The notes under the pieces were generated by a model that saw only the letters and a list, made by a program, of their open reading frames with translations, had not been told where the DNA came from and did no database searches. A stretch of 64,000 bases of DNA from the human T2T-CHM13v2.0 reference genome, Homo sapiens, in assembly GCF_009914755.1 (NCBI RefSeq), contig NC_060947.1; one strand, written 5' to 3'. Within the stretch, counting starts at the first letter, position 1. Every line of letters begins with the position of its first letter. This document shows positions 32,339 to 47,499 of the stretch, one piece after another. Made by a program: the position numbers and the translations under genes.

Positions 32339-34271
32339 CTCTATTTCTAATCATAAGTATACAACAACCAAGGCTCCTAAGACATCTGAAGAGTCTCTAA
32401 TTTGGAAGATAGAACCAAAAACAAACAAAAAGAGCAACTTAGAGGAAACACACTACACAATAAGACTTCAAATTACCATTAATATCCTCAGAAAGATATC
32501 ACAATTGTGAAACAAAAACCAGAACTTTCAGAAAACAAAAGAGCCCTTGAAAAACACACAGAGAAATTTATCAATAGAAGCGTTGGCCGATAATTTGGGA
32601 AAAGCAGAGCATAAATAACAAAGAAAATGAAGGGGAAGAAATTAAGGGAATAATCCAAGAAAACTTCCCAGAATTTAAATCATAAGGAGCTCAAATTAAA
32701 AGGACCCACCAAGTACTCAGCAAAATAAATGACCCATGTCCATACACACACTGCTGTGAAATTTAAAATCACTGTGGACAAGGAGATTGTCAGGTTTCCA
32801 GAAGTGGGGGTAAAGATGTGCAGCGAGGAAGGATGACACAATTCACCCAGAATAGCTTTGGATCTCTCAATGCCAACGCTAGAAGACAATAGAGCAACAC
32901 CATCATAATCATGAAGGAAAATGATTTCTAATCTTGAATTCAACATCCAGCCAGACCATCATTAACCATAAGGACATTTTCAGACAAAAAAGGTCAATAA
33001 ATTACTTGCCATGCACACTTTCTGAAGAAATTATTGTAGGACGTGTTTGCTAAAACAAGAATAGACCAATAAAAAGCATGCCTGGAGACAGCAAATAGGA
33101 GATCCAACACAGAAGAGAGATGAAGGGAATCCCCAGGAATGCAAGGAAGGGAAATCTCAGGCTGACAGCTGTGCCTCAGGCACAGAGGACAACCAATCCA
33201 GACTGAGAGCCATCAGTTTTCCACTGCCACGGGCCACCTTTTTAACCTGAAAACAGAATAGGTAGGTGAGCTGCATCCAGATTCTTCTGTTTTTCTTTTC
33301 CTGACAATTGGCTGAGGAGATTTCTGTCCTTCTCTGCTGCCTAGACTAGCAGAGGACTCTTAATTTCACCCTACAGCAGTGCCTGCTTTGACCTATTCCT
33401 GAGAATGGGAGGCAGGCATCAGGGAGCTGAAGAGCAGGAAATGCAGGGCAGCCAGTGCCCCCCACCAAATTCCTGCTGGGTGCTCAGTACCTCCCCCTAT
33501 CCTGCACTACAGCGGAAATGTCCTGCCTGTGAAGAGCCCCTTGTCTCGGGATTTATTTGTGCATGACCTTGCCAACCGACTTCCCAGAATGGGCTCCTAA
33601 CCACTCTCAGAACATCTGAAGCCAGACTATGAACAAGAGCTTGTTCAGCTTCTCTTCTCCTAAGTCTTCATACAATAGTAGTAATATTGTCCTTTCTTTA
33701 CCCAGCTAAGTTTGTGTTTGCTACTCAGTTCTAAAAGATTAAACAATATACTCCTTAGAGATACAAACATAGGGGGTAAAGCTATAAAGAGAATTTAAAA
33801 AGATTAATATAAAAGGCAGGATAGTGGTTTGAGGGGGAGGGGGTTGTGATTGGGGAGGAGCACAAAGGGCTTTTGAAGGCACTTCAAAAAAACACTGCAT
33901 CTCAAACATAATAAAGTCAATATGAATTGTCAGTTGTAATTTTATATCTAATTGTAATAAATTTAAAATAATACTTTGAGTTGCTACATATAAACTTTGG
34001 AGTTACATGTTAAATTTTCACCCTATGAGAGGTCTATAAACAAAAACACATCATGTCTCAGGAAACCTTTAATAAACGCAATGAAATTTCTGTCCATAAC
34101 AACAGGCCTAGAAGCCCCATTACATTTATAATGAATTGTGCAATGTACCACAAGATACGTAGGAAAACCGTGAATGATTTAAAAAAGAAAAGACAAAGAT
34201 GGGGAAAGTGAAGGCCAAGAACAAATTTTTACACACATATATACACAACACACACACACAAAGTTGATATA

Positions 34272-34922
34272 CAGCTGATCCTCATTACATTGCAGAGTGC
34301 ATGTCTGTAAATTCGCCTACTTGGTAAAATTCACTTATAACCCCCAAATCAACAGTCATGGCACTTTCAGTCGTTTACAGGCACGCATGTAATGGTGAAA
34401 AATTTGAATCACCCAATGTGCATGATGCCAGCTGAGGGCAAACAAGATGATGCTCTGCCTTCTTGTTTCAGCTCTCATGCCATCAACAAGTCATCTTTTC
34501 AAAGTCTATTTAGAGCATTTTTTTGCATTTTGCGCTTTTTCTTGGTGATTTTGCTGTTTAATATGGTCACCAAGCATAGTGCTGAAGGGACTGTCTAGTG
34601 TTCCTAAGCACAAGAAGGCTGTGATGTGCCTTATGGGGAAAATACGTGAGTTAGGGAAGCTTCCTTCAGGCATGAGTTATAACAATGTTGGCTGTGAGTT
34701 CAATGTTAATGAATCAACAGTATATATTACATGCAGTATCTTTAAACAGAAGCACACATAAAACAAGGTTATGTATTGATCGGTTGATGAAAATGTTGTG
34801 ACCAGAGGTTTGAAGGAACCCAACCTTGTACTTCCCCTAGGAGCAATGGTTCAGTATTGGTTCATTCAGCATTCATGGTAACTTTATAGAACACAACTAC
34901 CATGAATAATGAGAATAAACTG
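34272..34922 (+). mobile_element. MER82-like TcMar-Tigger non-autonomous DNA transposon
   Basis: TA|cagctgatcctcatta...gaataatgagaataaactg, about 650 bp, with terminal inverted similarity. Confidence 0.88.
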
Positions 34923-36189
34923 TGTGTATTCACATATATACACACATACATGTATTTATATTATTTCATATATACTTATAATATGTAATGTTATATTTAT
35001 GTGTGTGTATTCATATTAAAATATAAACTTAATGAGTACCCAGTACACATTAGGCCCTCAAAAAATATCTGGTGAATGATATAAGAAAAATGACAAACTA
35101 GAAATGAATAAGCCATTGATACATTTATTAAGTAACGCAATTTTATGTAAGTACATAAAATTTTGAGAAATCATGGTGCTTCTAGATATTTCTCTACCCA
35201 TTTTCTAAATCTGTGTCTTCCTACTACTTTTTATACAGTTCTGACGTTAAGAATTGAGGGACATAGATGGTGGGTAGGCAAAAAGGAAACAAAGCTAAAA
35301 TAAAATAACTATAAATGACAACATTAGCAGTAAGAATAAAATCTTGAAAATTATAGACATATATAAATTTATATAAAAACTCTACCGATTAAAGATAACG
35401 ATGGTCTGTTCCCTATTTCAACACTATTTAGTGTAGTCATTGCCACTAAAGAAGAGCTTATGCATATAATTTCATCAATAAATCCTTTCCTTGTCTTCCT
35501 GTGCTTTGTGATAGCTTTGTGAAAGCTTTTCAACCTAAAGGTTTACAAAATCAGCTGTGACAATGATTATCGCGGTAATCAATGTGATAGCAGTAAGGGA
35601 ACAGAGATGCTGTCCTGACACTTTTTAACACTTCTGGTACCCATCCCCAGCTCCAACACATATGCTTACATACATTCACCAAGCTGAGTTGCTTTAGGTA
35701 CAGTGATTAAACCAAAGAAAAAAAAGTTTTCCTACTCATTGCTACCGCAAAAAACACACACGGAGTGGAAAATTATTAAAATAAAAGTCTCAGGAACTGT
35801 TGCCTAAATGTTAACAATTAAAGACTTGACAAAGGAGTATGATTCAGATCATTCCTTGAAAATAGAAGGGGGAGGTTTATTTGAAACAGCTAGCAATGAA
35901 TCTCCAATAAGCTAATGGAACAAATCTAGCTCACCTGTCAAAGCTGAACAATTCAGAGTTAAGACTAGCATTTACTAACTCAGTACTTATATTGACATAA
36001 TTAGTACCTCTGTCACACCTTGATACTTCAGTGAAGTTTAGTAGACTTCACTTTAGATTTCATGTAGCACACCATCTTCTGGTCTGAGTCTAACTATAAT
36101 ACACTCATCATTTACTACTTTTATGAGAGGACTGCCAGTCACATAAGGCAATTTCTGCTCAAAGCAAAGGTTCTGGAAAATTTGATTGG

Positions 36190-36236
36190 TGTGTGTGTGT
36201 GTTTGTGTGCGTGTGTGCGTGTGCATGCGTGTGTGA
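36190..36236. repeat. (TG)n/(TGCG) imperfect microsatellite
   Basis: Seen directly. Confidence 0.9.
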
Positions 36237-36659
36237 GAAGGGCTGGGGTTAGAGCCAATGTAGAGGGACATCGATTCTAGGTCTTTGTTAGCTCACACTT
36301 GATGGAGGATATATCAAGAACTATTAATAGAGAAGAAAAAAGATTTTTATAACATAAGAAATGTGAAGAAGGAGATTAGACATGCATGGAAAGAAACAAG
36401 CAAGAAAACATATGAAGATAAACCTTACAAAAGTGAGAATTCTGACTTGGTTACACACTTTAGGCAATCTTAGCTAAATCAAAAATAAATATTAAAGCAC
36501 TAAGATTTTAAAAATTCTATTGACATTTGCACATTTTATCTTATTTACCTCATTTCCCCAATGAAAATAAGACAAAGAATATAAAGAATAAACAAGAAAA
36601 AGATTAATAAAGCAATTCTTGTCCTCAGGGAACTTCCAATCTAGTAGGCTGCTGTTGAC

Positions 36660-36980
36660 ATATGTGTGTGCGTGTATATATACACATATATAATGTATAT
36701 ATATTACATGTATATATACACATATATAATGTATATATATTACATGTATATATGTATATATAATGTATATATTGTATATATGTATATATACATACAATAT
36801 ATACATATAATATATAGTATAATATACATACAGTATATATAGTATAATATATAATATATAGTATATATACATTATATGTATATATACTATATATACTATA
36901 TATGTATGTATACATATGTATATATACATTATACACATACATATATACATTATGTATGTATACATACGTTATATATAATG
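36660..36980. repeat. TA-rich low-complexity repeat with an internal ~33-bp tandem duplication
   Basis: The unit tgtatatatacacatatataatgtatatatattaca is repeated inside degenerate (TA)n. Confidence 0.93.
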
Positions 36981-37187
36981 TTAGTGTAAAGTTATAAAGT
37001 ATAGAAATAGTATAACACTATGAGTTTTAAAAATCTGTGGATAGCATGGTACTGAGAGAAGGCCTCTATGACACACGGACATCCTGGAGGGCTTGAAACA
37101 ATGAATAGGAGTTTGTTGGGCTAAGCAGGGAAAGGAGAGGATTCCAGAGGTAAGTAATAGCCTGTGCAATGGCCTACAGCCAAGTCA

Positions 37188-37667
<480 letters not shown>

Positions 37668-38019
37668 TTATTGCATTAGCCCAAGCAAGAGGTGATAAAG
37701 TAAAGGCGACAGAGAGATACTTAAGAAAATAAATTCACAAGATAACACAGTGAATGATTAGCTAGATGGTGGTTGGGGTTGAGTTGTAAGAAAACTTACA
37801 AATTTCTGGCAACAGTTACTGGGTGAATGATACCACCAAATGAGAAAGGAATTACAAGAGAAAGAACTGATAGAAGGCTGAGAAAGAAACGAAGCACATG
37901 GCTATGTTTGGAAAATATTGGTTTCCATGGAATATCCAGGCAGAGATTTATAGAGGGCATATAGATAGGAGTATAAAGTTCAAGGAACGGGTCATGATAA
38001 TGAAGACATCAACAACTGT

Positions 38020-38250
38020 CATTTATAATATAACATGTCAGCAGCAAGCATGCTGCTAAGAAGTTTACATAGATTCTTGTTATTTATCATAATTTATTTG
38101 TCATCATAGCTAATATAATATCAGCCTCATTTTATAGATTAGGAAACTGAGGCTAAGAGGTTGTCTGTGGTCAAACAGTTAGTGGATGTTAGAGCTAGGA
38201 CTGGAGCCTAAACATATGGAACTTTGAAATCTAAATTCTTAACCTCTATA
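38020..38250 (-). mobile_element. MIR
   Basis: cctcattttatagattaggaaactgaggctaagagg. Confidence 0.7.
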
Positions 38251-40384
38251 CTCCCTAGGTAGCATGAGTGAATGAGAGGTAATTGAAGCCATTGCTGCTA
38301 ATGACAGCACTTCAGGATACAGAGGACAGAGCCCCAGAAAACATGAATATATCCCCAAACCCCTCCCCAAGGGGCTGCTGGAAACATCCCCATAGAAAGA
38401 CTGTAAGAAGCCCAGAAAGGAAAAAGAAAAAGTGCTAAAGGCAAGCTCTTAAGGTACAATATCTTGTGGAGATAACAAACAGGAAGGCCTAGCAGGGTCT
38501 GCCCTAAACAGGAACACTCCTCTTAAGGCTGGTGCAAGAAAACCATAACTTTCATTTTTATGTTAAGAGCTATATATTCACATTTTGTTATTTTCTAAAT
38601 GTGGGCCTATACATCAGAAATTGGCCCAATGAAAATATTTAGTAGAGAAACAACTTTTTTGAAATTCACTATTGACCTTTTTCTCCTCCTCTTCACTCCT
38701 CCTTCTCTACTAGTGTTCATAAACCTAATTACTTTTAACTAGTACCTAGCATTATCACAATTGTCAAATTCTCTGTGCATAATCCACTCTTTGTAAATGG
38801 AAACTAATAATTATGGAAGTCTGGAAGTCTGAAATTACATTGTAAATCATATTTCTAAGGGGTGTGTTCTGTTAATATGCCACTAACATAGGTTGTTTTC
38901 CAAATGCTACATTATCCTATAATAGTATTGTTGCAAGCCATTAATCACAACTCTGCAGCTAGGGGGCGGAGGTTAATATCTGCACTCTGAAGTTGTTATC
39001 CTCCTTAAGAGATTTTTATTTCAGTGATACTTCTGTGGAATACCGTTAATCTCTTCTCATTTAAAACCATGTTTTAAAGATCTCCATAACCAGGTAAACC
39101 TACTTCTAAATTAAATAAAATTAAATTATCTAATTTAAATAAGCTAGTGAAAGATATCTCAGTCACCAATACGCCTCTCTCTATTCATTTCAGTTGCATC
39201 AGGATTATACAAAATTATACTGTAAAACAGAAACAAAAATGTAATTACCTAACACTCTAAGTCAGGGTTTCCCAAATTGGCATCTTGTGGAGTCCTTAAA
39301 GAATGAAAGTTTCGCATTCAAGTAAGTTTGGGAAACACCATATAAAATACCTACCTCCTGCCCCCGTACTCATATTACACATTAGCAGTCCAGTCTTGTG
39401 GTTAAGAAACCTCTCTCTTCTGTCACACTCCACCCCGTTGCCCATGTAGCATTTATTATCAGTGGACTTTGGACATGATAATCTAAATTTTAGTATTTAT
39501 AATAACAACACAAATACAAATTATGAAATTGAAATGGCTAAGAACCTTCTGATTTCAAACAACTTTTGTCTGTAAGAAATATTCCCTACCCAAATGTGGC
39601 ATGGAAATTGTCAATTAAATTCTTATGGGGGGTAATCCAATTGTTTGCTTAGTAAAGGATGGAAAAGATTTAACTATGCAATTTAAGTGCCTATTCATTA
39701 ATACTCCCAAAAGTAATTTACTTTTTTACAATTGTTAATATAAGCATATTCAGCAGGCAATAATGCAACCTCTGGTCTTTTAACCAAAAAACACTTAACA
39801 CAAAGGCAAAGCATGCAAACGAAATAACCATTTACACCCAATTACTCAGCTCAGTGCAGGGCAGCAGAAAATAGGTTTTGAATCATAATTGTAGTAATCA
39901 GTTTCTAGGTCTAAAGACATAAAGTAGATGATCTGGAAAATAATTGCTTTAGGGGAAAAAATTTGAAAATAAGAGTATAGTGGATGTAACTGTTTAGGCG
40001 ACATAGTAAAATCAAACATCTAAACACTTGGGGAATTTTTCAAGTTAGGTAAGAAACCAAACTCCCTGCATGTGAGTATGCAAGTTAGTAATGCTCACTT
40101 TTAACGAGTTTCCCATGGATGGACCAACCTCTCAGTCTCCGTAATGACTCCTGCTAATCAATAAGGCACACAAGAGAGCATGGAAGACAAGAGAAAGGGC
40201 AATCAGATCCCCCAAAACATCTGAGTGAACTGAGCTTTCTAATCTCTCCTCTTGCTATCTCAGTTGAAGGCAACTCCGTATTTCCTTCTGATAGCTTAGC
40301 CAAAAATTATGGCACCATTCTTGACCCTTTTTTTTTCTCTGACATTCCAGTTCATTAGGAAATGCTCTTGGCTCTACTTTCCTG

Positions 40385-41580
40385 AGATCTTCTATCTTTT
40401 CATTTGTTTCAAGAAAATTTGCAACTGACTGTTGGATAAATTGCATGACAGCTGAATTAAAAACCTTATCAAATTCCCATATCTGATTCAACTGGGTATT
40501 GGCATCAGTTGATGTCTTTTTTCATTCATATTGTATCCTAGATATTTTGTGGTGCTTGCTATGACAAGTGGTTTTCAATTGTACCCTGGATGTTTTGCTT
40601 ATTGTTAGAAGACTTGATGACAGGATCTTCTATTTTAGCAGGGTGGTCACCCTGCTTAGGTTTAGTGTGTAGGTTCTAGACTACTTTTGTGGGCTTCAGT
40701 TCCAATGACAGTTTAGTTTTCTGAGCCCTCACAATGCTATTTTGGTGTGCTTCATTCTTCTGGTGATGTTGGGACTCCCACTCAATCCCTGCTGATGCCA
40801 TCTGCAGGGATAAAAGGTACTTCCCAGGGCCACTTGCTATTGCTGGGAAACCTTGAGGGGGAGGGGGTCACCTACTGGGGCCTGGGTCTCCTTAAGCCAT
40901 GAGGTGGAGGGCAGGAAGACACATGGCTTCGCTGCGGCTGCAGCTGCTTACTGCTCCCTACAGAAGAGACCACCTGCTGGGGCCAGTTGGGAGCAGAGGC
41001 AGTATAGCCTGGGCTTTGCTGTTGCTGCTGCTGTCTACAGAGCAGACCACAGGGGCTGAAATGGTCTGGTCTTCACCGTAGTTGGCAGAACAAACCACCC
41101 GTCATGGCCCCAGTTGTAGAGCAGTGGGTGGGAGGGCCAGGGGCTTTGCTGCTCCCGCAGCAACTGGGGCCATAATGGGGACAGATCAGAGTGCCCACCG
41201 GGACCCACTGTGAAACAGTGGGGATGAGCACTCCCACTTAGGTCTTTGTTGGGCTTTCCCTTTCCTGGTCTTCTAGCCAGAGAAAGCAGGCTTTTTGTTC
41301 TGCTTTCTTTGCCCACTGGTGATTCTGGGTTGTAGGTCTCTCCAGCACCCAGTCTAGGAGAAAATGGGAGATTAAAAGAAAACCCAGTGAACTTATACTC
41401 ATTGTCCTCAAACTTCTAGTCCTGAGGTTCCAAGCTACTCTGCTTTCTTCCCAACTTTCAGAATCCCTTTATTGCTGTCAGTTGAATAATTTCCAGGACA
41501 TTTAGTTATATTTATAGAGGAAGGAAGGGGCAGTGAAAAGTAAGTCTACGCCTTTTTGTTCTGGAAATGGAAATCTGTGC
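40385..41580 (-). mobile_element. Old L1M 5' region remnant (includes a GC-richer 5'UTR-like stretch)
   Basis: ttcatttgtttcaagaaaattt...ggcatcagttgatgtctttt is typical of L1M 5' segments in antisense. Assigned from recall. Confidence 0.5.
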
Positions 41581-43889
41581 ATTTTCAACCTATTTTATTC
41601 TGGCTAGCATTAGGAGTCCATTCTTTTTATTGTTGTTGTTGACAATCCCTATTACAGAAGGAGTCCAGTCTATTTAAAATGAGAGTACAAGCTACAGTTC
41701 TTTTATGATCAACATACTCAGTTAAAAATGGCAGGCATTAAACTCATCAGGTCCATAATGTAGTCTTCCATGATTCCTCACTCTACCTTAGAATTTTAGG
41801 GTCTCAAACAACGATGTTTCTCAATCTTTTGGGGTTTGATGAATACCAACTAACCAAAGCATACTAGACTAGGGGTTCTGCTCTGTTGTCTCCTCATGCA
41901 CACACATATACATCCTCACTCACTCACTCACTCACCCTCACAGTCTTCCTGAGTCAAAAAGGAAATCTAACATTGCCACAGTCTATTTAGCATATTAAAA
42001 TCATGGCACACTGTTTGGGAATTGGTGTTTTTAATAACAATTTCATCACTTGGCCTTCCATATTACACAAATAGGAAAGTTAGGGGTTACAGTATTCTAC
42101 ACAAACACGGTTATGCATAACTGAAGGTCAGCTCTTAATAAAGGACCTACCAGTTGACTAAACTAGTTCTCTGAAGGCAGGAATTTTCTCTTATCCATCC
42201 TGAGTCTCTAACATATAGAACTGTGCCTGACACTGTGCTAATGAAGACCCAGTAAATGCTACTGGATGGACAAATAGATAAATCCATTTTAGGATGCACA
42301 AACATGGGTGCCATCTTCCAGACACTTACATTAGCATAGTTACATTTAAGTTAATTTGAAGCTATAGCTCTCTGATACCTTGGGGGAGATTTTCACTTAT
42401 CTAATACAAATAAAAATGTTAATTTGTCAATGCCAATTACTGAAAGGTAAACAAAAGCTGTAAAATCATATAACATGTTAACTATTTTTTAAACACATCT
42501 TCAAAAATAATTGTTTTACTAGAGACATTGATTGCTAATTCAAAATCCTTCCAGTGATACCATAACTAAGACTCAGAAAGCAGACTTTTTAACTTTTACC
42601 ATGTAATAACATCTGTTCTTAAATACTTTAATGATTTAAAATAGGCCTTATAAACTTGAGGCATTTTACAAAATAGTATTTTGTAATAGCAGAGAACTGA
42701 ACCAAACATAGCTCCTAAAATTCAGAAAGCTTTTCAACCTAAAGGTTTACAAAATCAGCTGTGACAATGATTAGCTCAGAATTCATTCAAGCTTTTTGTT
42801 GGTTTGGATGTTTTAATAGTTTGCTTAAAAATTTCAGTTTGTATGATCTGGCAAGATGAAATATGACACTCAATCACTATAATAGCTTACCACCAGAAAA
42901 TATCATTAAATGGAAATAAACTACTTATATTATCCACATGATCACCTTTTTGTGAAGTTAGAGGTATATAAACTCAATTAAGACTCAGATGACAAAGAAA
43001 ACTTCATGGTTCCTAATTAATGCTGGACTGAAGACTGACAATTTTGAGCACAAATTTAAACCAGTAAATAGACACAGGATGAGATCATAAAATTAGAAAC
43101 ATTTTGGCCAATGACTGTTTATCAATTCATTAAAAATCAAGACATATGCAATTACTATGCCCTGTCCTTTAATGGAATCCTTTACTTTATATCAACCAGT
43201 AGGGAAGAAATAGGGAATGAAGCATGAAGAATATCTATCATAGATGCAAACAGATGGCTTGAGATCATGTAAAAGAACAAGATGTTTTAACATGAATTTT
43301 TTTAGGCAGCTCCACTGAGAGACCATTGAACTTTTTAAAGAAAAAATAATTTATTCTATTAACCAAGAATCCCTGCACATTAATATTTTACAATGAACTT
43401 ACAACTTCCTTTTGGCAAGCCCAGGCAACCTGGACGTACAGACACTCCAGCTGCAAACACCCCATAATTATGGGAAAGTCCCCTTGAGAGAATGCACTTT
43501 AGCCCCTGATAGACTTTAACTTTTTCCTCTTTGAATCAAAGCCACCACAACATAAACAGAGCAAGGGCTTGATAGCTCAAAAGACCTGGGGCTGCATCCT
43601 GGATGTGCCCATTACTCATTACTAACTATAATGAGAGGCCAGTTATTCAATCTCTCTGGGGCTACTTTATTTATACTGTGAAATGGAGATAATAGCTACT
43701 TTAGAGGGTTCTCAGCAGTACAGGAAATAACAAGGCATAAAGGGTTGTGTCTGGCGCATACGAACAACAGGAGACTTCTTCTGGGGCTCATCTGCTATTG
43801 TACAAGTACTTCTTCATTACTTCTCCCCTAAAAAGTATCATGTCTGCCATACCAAAAGGGTACCCTTTCACTACCAAAACAAAGAAACA

Positions 43890-45745
43890 AGGAAGAAGCC
43901 AGAGAAAGTTCTGCTTCCAATGATCATGAAATAGATAACCTACACTAGCCTTCCTACTGAAAAACAAAATAAAACCTTCCCCTCTCCATCATTTTTTGAA
44001 AGTATCAAATATCTTATAAGGTACTTAAATTTTGCCAGTTGATGATCTAGGAGAAAAAGGGAACTCACAGTAGTGAGTTCAATCACATAAAACTACTTTT
44101 GCCTGGAGGGTAATTCTCCACCCCTGGGAAGCAACTGCCCCATAGGACTCATAGGGCCTCATAGGAATGAATGAGTGAGTGAATACCTACAGTCCATTTG
44201 ATAAACCAACCTCCACCTTATTCTGTTTTGTTCTGAAAGGCTACGCCTAGGGTGGAGGTGAACCCAAAACAAACCTGGCCTCGCATGGACTTGGAGCCTG
44301 GCTCTCTTTTATCTGGTGGTCCATGGAATTTTAAATCTTAAAGTTGGATTAAAGCAGTCCTGGCCATGAGCTGTCCTATCCCCTAAACCTGGTAGGCAGA
44401 TGCTCTCAAGAAAAGATACCGTATCTTAGAATTAGCAAAAATAAAAGACAAAATACATGAGGTATTGAAACAAACAAAAAATACAGGCTGGGAGCAGTGA
44501 CTCACGCCTGCAATCCCAGCGATCTGGGAGGCCAAGGTAGGTTGATAACTTGAAGTCAGGAGTTCGAGACCAGCCTGGCCAACATGGTGAATCCATGCCT
44601 CTACTGAAAATATAAAAATTAGCTGGGTGCAGTGGCGCGCGCCTGTACTCCCAGTTACTCAGGAGGCTGAGGTACAGGAATTGCTTGAACCCGGGAGGCA
44701 GAGGTTGCAGTGAGCCGAGATCACGCCACTGCATTCCAGCCTGGGTGATGAAGTAAGACTCTGTCTCAAAAAAAAAAAAAAAAAAAAAAAAGCCAAAATT
44801 TAAAACTCAATGGATGGGTTTCAGAGGAACTGAAAGCTGAATAAAATTAATGAAGAGAAATATAGGTCAAAATAAATGATCCAGAATACACCATGGAGAA
44901 AAACAAAAAGGTGAAAAACACAGAATTAGGGTAAGAAACTTAGATAAAATAATGAGAAGATTTAATGTATGTCAACTGGGGTCCCAGCAGGAGAGGAAAG
45001 AGAGAATGAGTTAGAGAAAATCTATGAGGAAATGGCTGAGAATTTTTCATAGGATCTTTTTATAGAATTTTCATCAGATGTGTCTATCTACAAATTCAAG
45101 ATTCCACTGAATCATGGCAGGATAAACAAAAGAAATTTATACCTAGACACACTACAGAAAAATAAAGACAAAGCAAAAACCTGAAAATAACCAGAGGTAA
45201 TAAAAGGACAGAGTATCTCCAAAGAAGTGACAGTTTGACAGTGGACAATAGAAATCAGAAGACAACAGAATGATGATGTACCTGATGAGCTAAAATAAAG
45301 TGCCATCCAAATAATTTTATAACCAGGGAAAATAATCTTCAATGATGAAAGTAAACTTAAGACAATACAGAGAGTTTGTCATAGCAGATCCACACTACAC
45401 AAATTTCTAAAGGATACTTCAGGCAGAAGGAAAACTACCCCGGATAGAAAGTCAAAGATACAGCAAAGAATGAAGAGTAAAATAAAACATAAATATGTGA
45501 ATGAACCTAAGTAAACTGACTATGTAAGTAATAATAATGTCTTGCTGAGTTTTCAAGTACAGAAAGAATTAAAATATATGATAGACATTAACATGTAAAT
45601 CAGGAAGGAATAAAGTTAAAATGTCCTAAGATCCTTGCATTGGCTGAGATAAGGCTAATGAGACTGACTAATATTATACTTGGTAAGTATATAATACATG
45701 TTGCTATTTTAAGGGTAACCACTAAAAGAACTGAGACACAGTGTT
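43890..45745 (+). mobile_element. Old L1M 5'/ORF1 remnant
   Basis: aaaactcaatggatgggtt, atggctgagaattttt and agggtaaccactaaaagaa. Confidence 0.65.
44486..44791 (+). mobile_element. AluS
   Basis: Full dimer with long A tail. Confidence 0.95.
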
Positions 45746-45818
45746 AGGGGAACTGGTGGTGGTGGTGGAGGAGGGCATGGTCTCTGTTTGAAGAGCAGTA
45801 AGAACAAAGCCTATAGGC

Positions 45819-46190
45819 TGTATTAGTTTTTTACTGTTGCACAACAAATCACTACAAATTTACCGGCTTAAAACACACATTTATTATCTAACAGTTTCTG
45901 TAGGTCAGGAGTCCAGGTGTCTCAGCTAGGTTGTTTGCGTAGGGTCTCACAATGCTGAAATCAAGAAGTTACTTGGGCTGGGCTCTTATCTACAGGTTGT
46001 AGGGAAGAATCCACTTCCAACCTCATTCAAGTTGTTGGCAGCTGTAGGACTGAAGGTCCATTTCCTTGTTGGCTATCAGCCAGGGGCCACTCAGTTTGTG
46101 CCACAACCCTTTCCATCTTCAAGCCAGCAATGGAGAATCTCTCTCATACCAATTTCTTCTCATAATCTGAATCTCTTTCTTCAGGAAATC
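45819..46190 (-). mobile_element. MLT1-family MaLR LTR (MLT1C/D-like)
   Basis: tgtattagttt...ggcttaaaacacacatttattatctaacagtttctgtaggtcaggagtcc. Confidence 0.75.
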
Positions 46191-46958
46191 TCCTTTAAGT
46201 TGACTCTCTTTACTTAGGTAATTTTTTTTTATTATACCACTTTCATTAACAGGAAACAGTATCACTTGCCATAAACAGAAGGTAACCTTAAAAAGAAATA
46301 GAACAAACTAAAACAATAGCACTACAAAAGTCCAGGAAAGTATTGTTCCTTTCCAAATGCTGTGAACTTGAGGGCTATTCTCACTTAAACAAAAACCAAA
46401 AACAGAGTCTATGTTGGTTGTTTATGCTACATTAAAACTAAATTTTCTCAAATGTATTAATAAGAAAGACTGAAAGAAGACTGTATATAATTCTGTTTAT
46501 TACTGTTTATTTAATGACTTATTGGGGTACCACCTAAAAACACAGCCTACCACAATACCTGTCATGCACTTGGGAAAATACTACTTTAAGCCCTGATTAG
46601 AAATTTCATTGCAAAGAGAAGTGGTATACGGTTTCCCTAAAGGATTTTGTATACTGTGTCATAGTAAAATCAGTTAAGAATAAACAAATAAACAAAAAGA
46701 CCATAATCAGACTAAATCTAAAAAGAGTGTGGTTAATAAATTGCTCTGAGTTCAGATACATAGACCTTGGGGTTTCCAGAGGCACAATGACCATATGTAC
46801 AAGTAAACCATGTACTTCTGTCCCTCCATTGCTGCCATTTCTACTCTCCTTGAAAACAGAGGGAAGGCAATATTATTCTATCTTGCTCAGATTGCATTCC
46901 TTTTTGAAATAGATATTATAGTACACCTAATGGAGCTGGGCAGTATGATCACTTAGAT

Positions 46959-47183
46959 CAGGGGTCAGCAAACTACAGACCACAGGACAAATCCAGACTG
47001 CCACCTGTTTCTGTAAATACAGTTTTATTGGAGTAGAGCCACACTCATCATTCGCTTACGCGTTGTGTATGACTGCTTTTTTGCTACAGCAGAGTTGAGT
47101 GGTTGTGACAAAAACGGTATGGCCTGCAAAGATTAAAATATTTACCGTCTGGCACTTTACAGAAACAAGGTTGTCCACCCCTC
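46959..47183 (+). mobile_element. MER58A (hAT-Charlie) with perfect 8-bp TSD
   Basis: caggggtcagcaaactac...gttttattgga...aaaatatttaccgtctggcactttacagaaa. ACTTAGAT at 46951-46958 and 47184-47191. Confidence 0.9.
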
Positions 47184-47499
47184 ACTTAGATGTTCCCAAC
47201 AAGTTTTAATCTCAATTACATAATGCATTTGGAGTAAAGGTTTCAGGTTATGCTAAATGACTATGTTTCCTACCTCTTCAATTCTGCTTCAAGTGAATTC
47301 AGCATGTCTATTTGACTTAGAATTGCCCTTGTCCAAGAATTGATACTGCACTACCAGGATTATCACATTCTAGATCTCATGGCATACCCCTACCTATGCT
47401 CCTTGTGCTTTTATTAAACAGTTATCTTATACCTTACTACCAAGAGGTCATCTAAACAGAAAGATCACCTCTTATGATGCTGTTCTTTTAAAAGAATAA

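Noticed and set aside
34392-34761. ORFs in the Tigger-type element as a domesticated transposase
   Set aside because: Only 60-68 aa within a non-autonomous element, with no DDE domain.
36492-36965. Tyr/Ile-rich ORFs
   Set aside because: Translations of TA-rich low-complexity DNA.
40853-41316. GC-richer segment with Ala-rich ORFs as a possible promoter or exon
   Set aside because: Few CpGs and no convincing splice sites. It fits an old L1 5' region.
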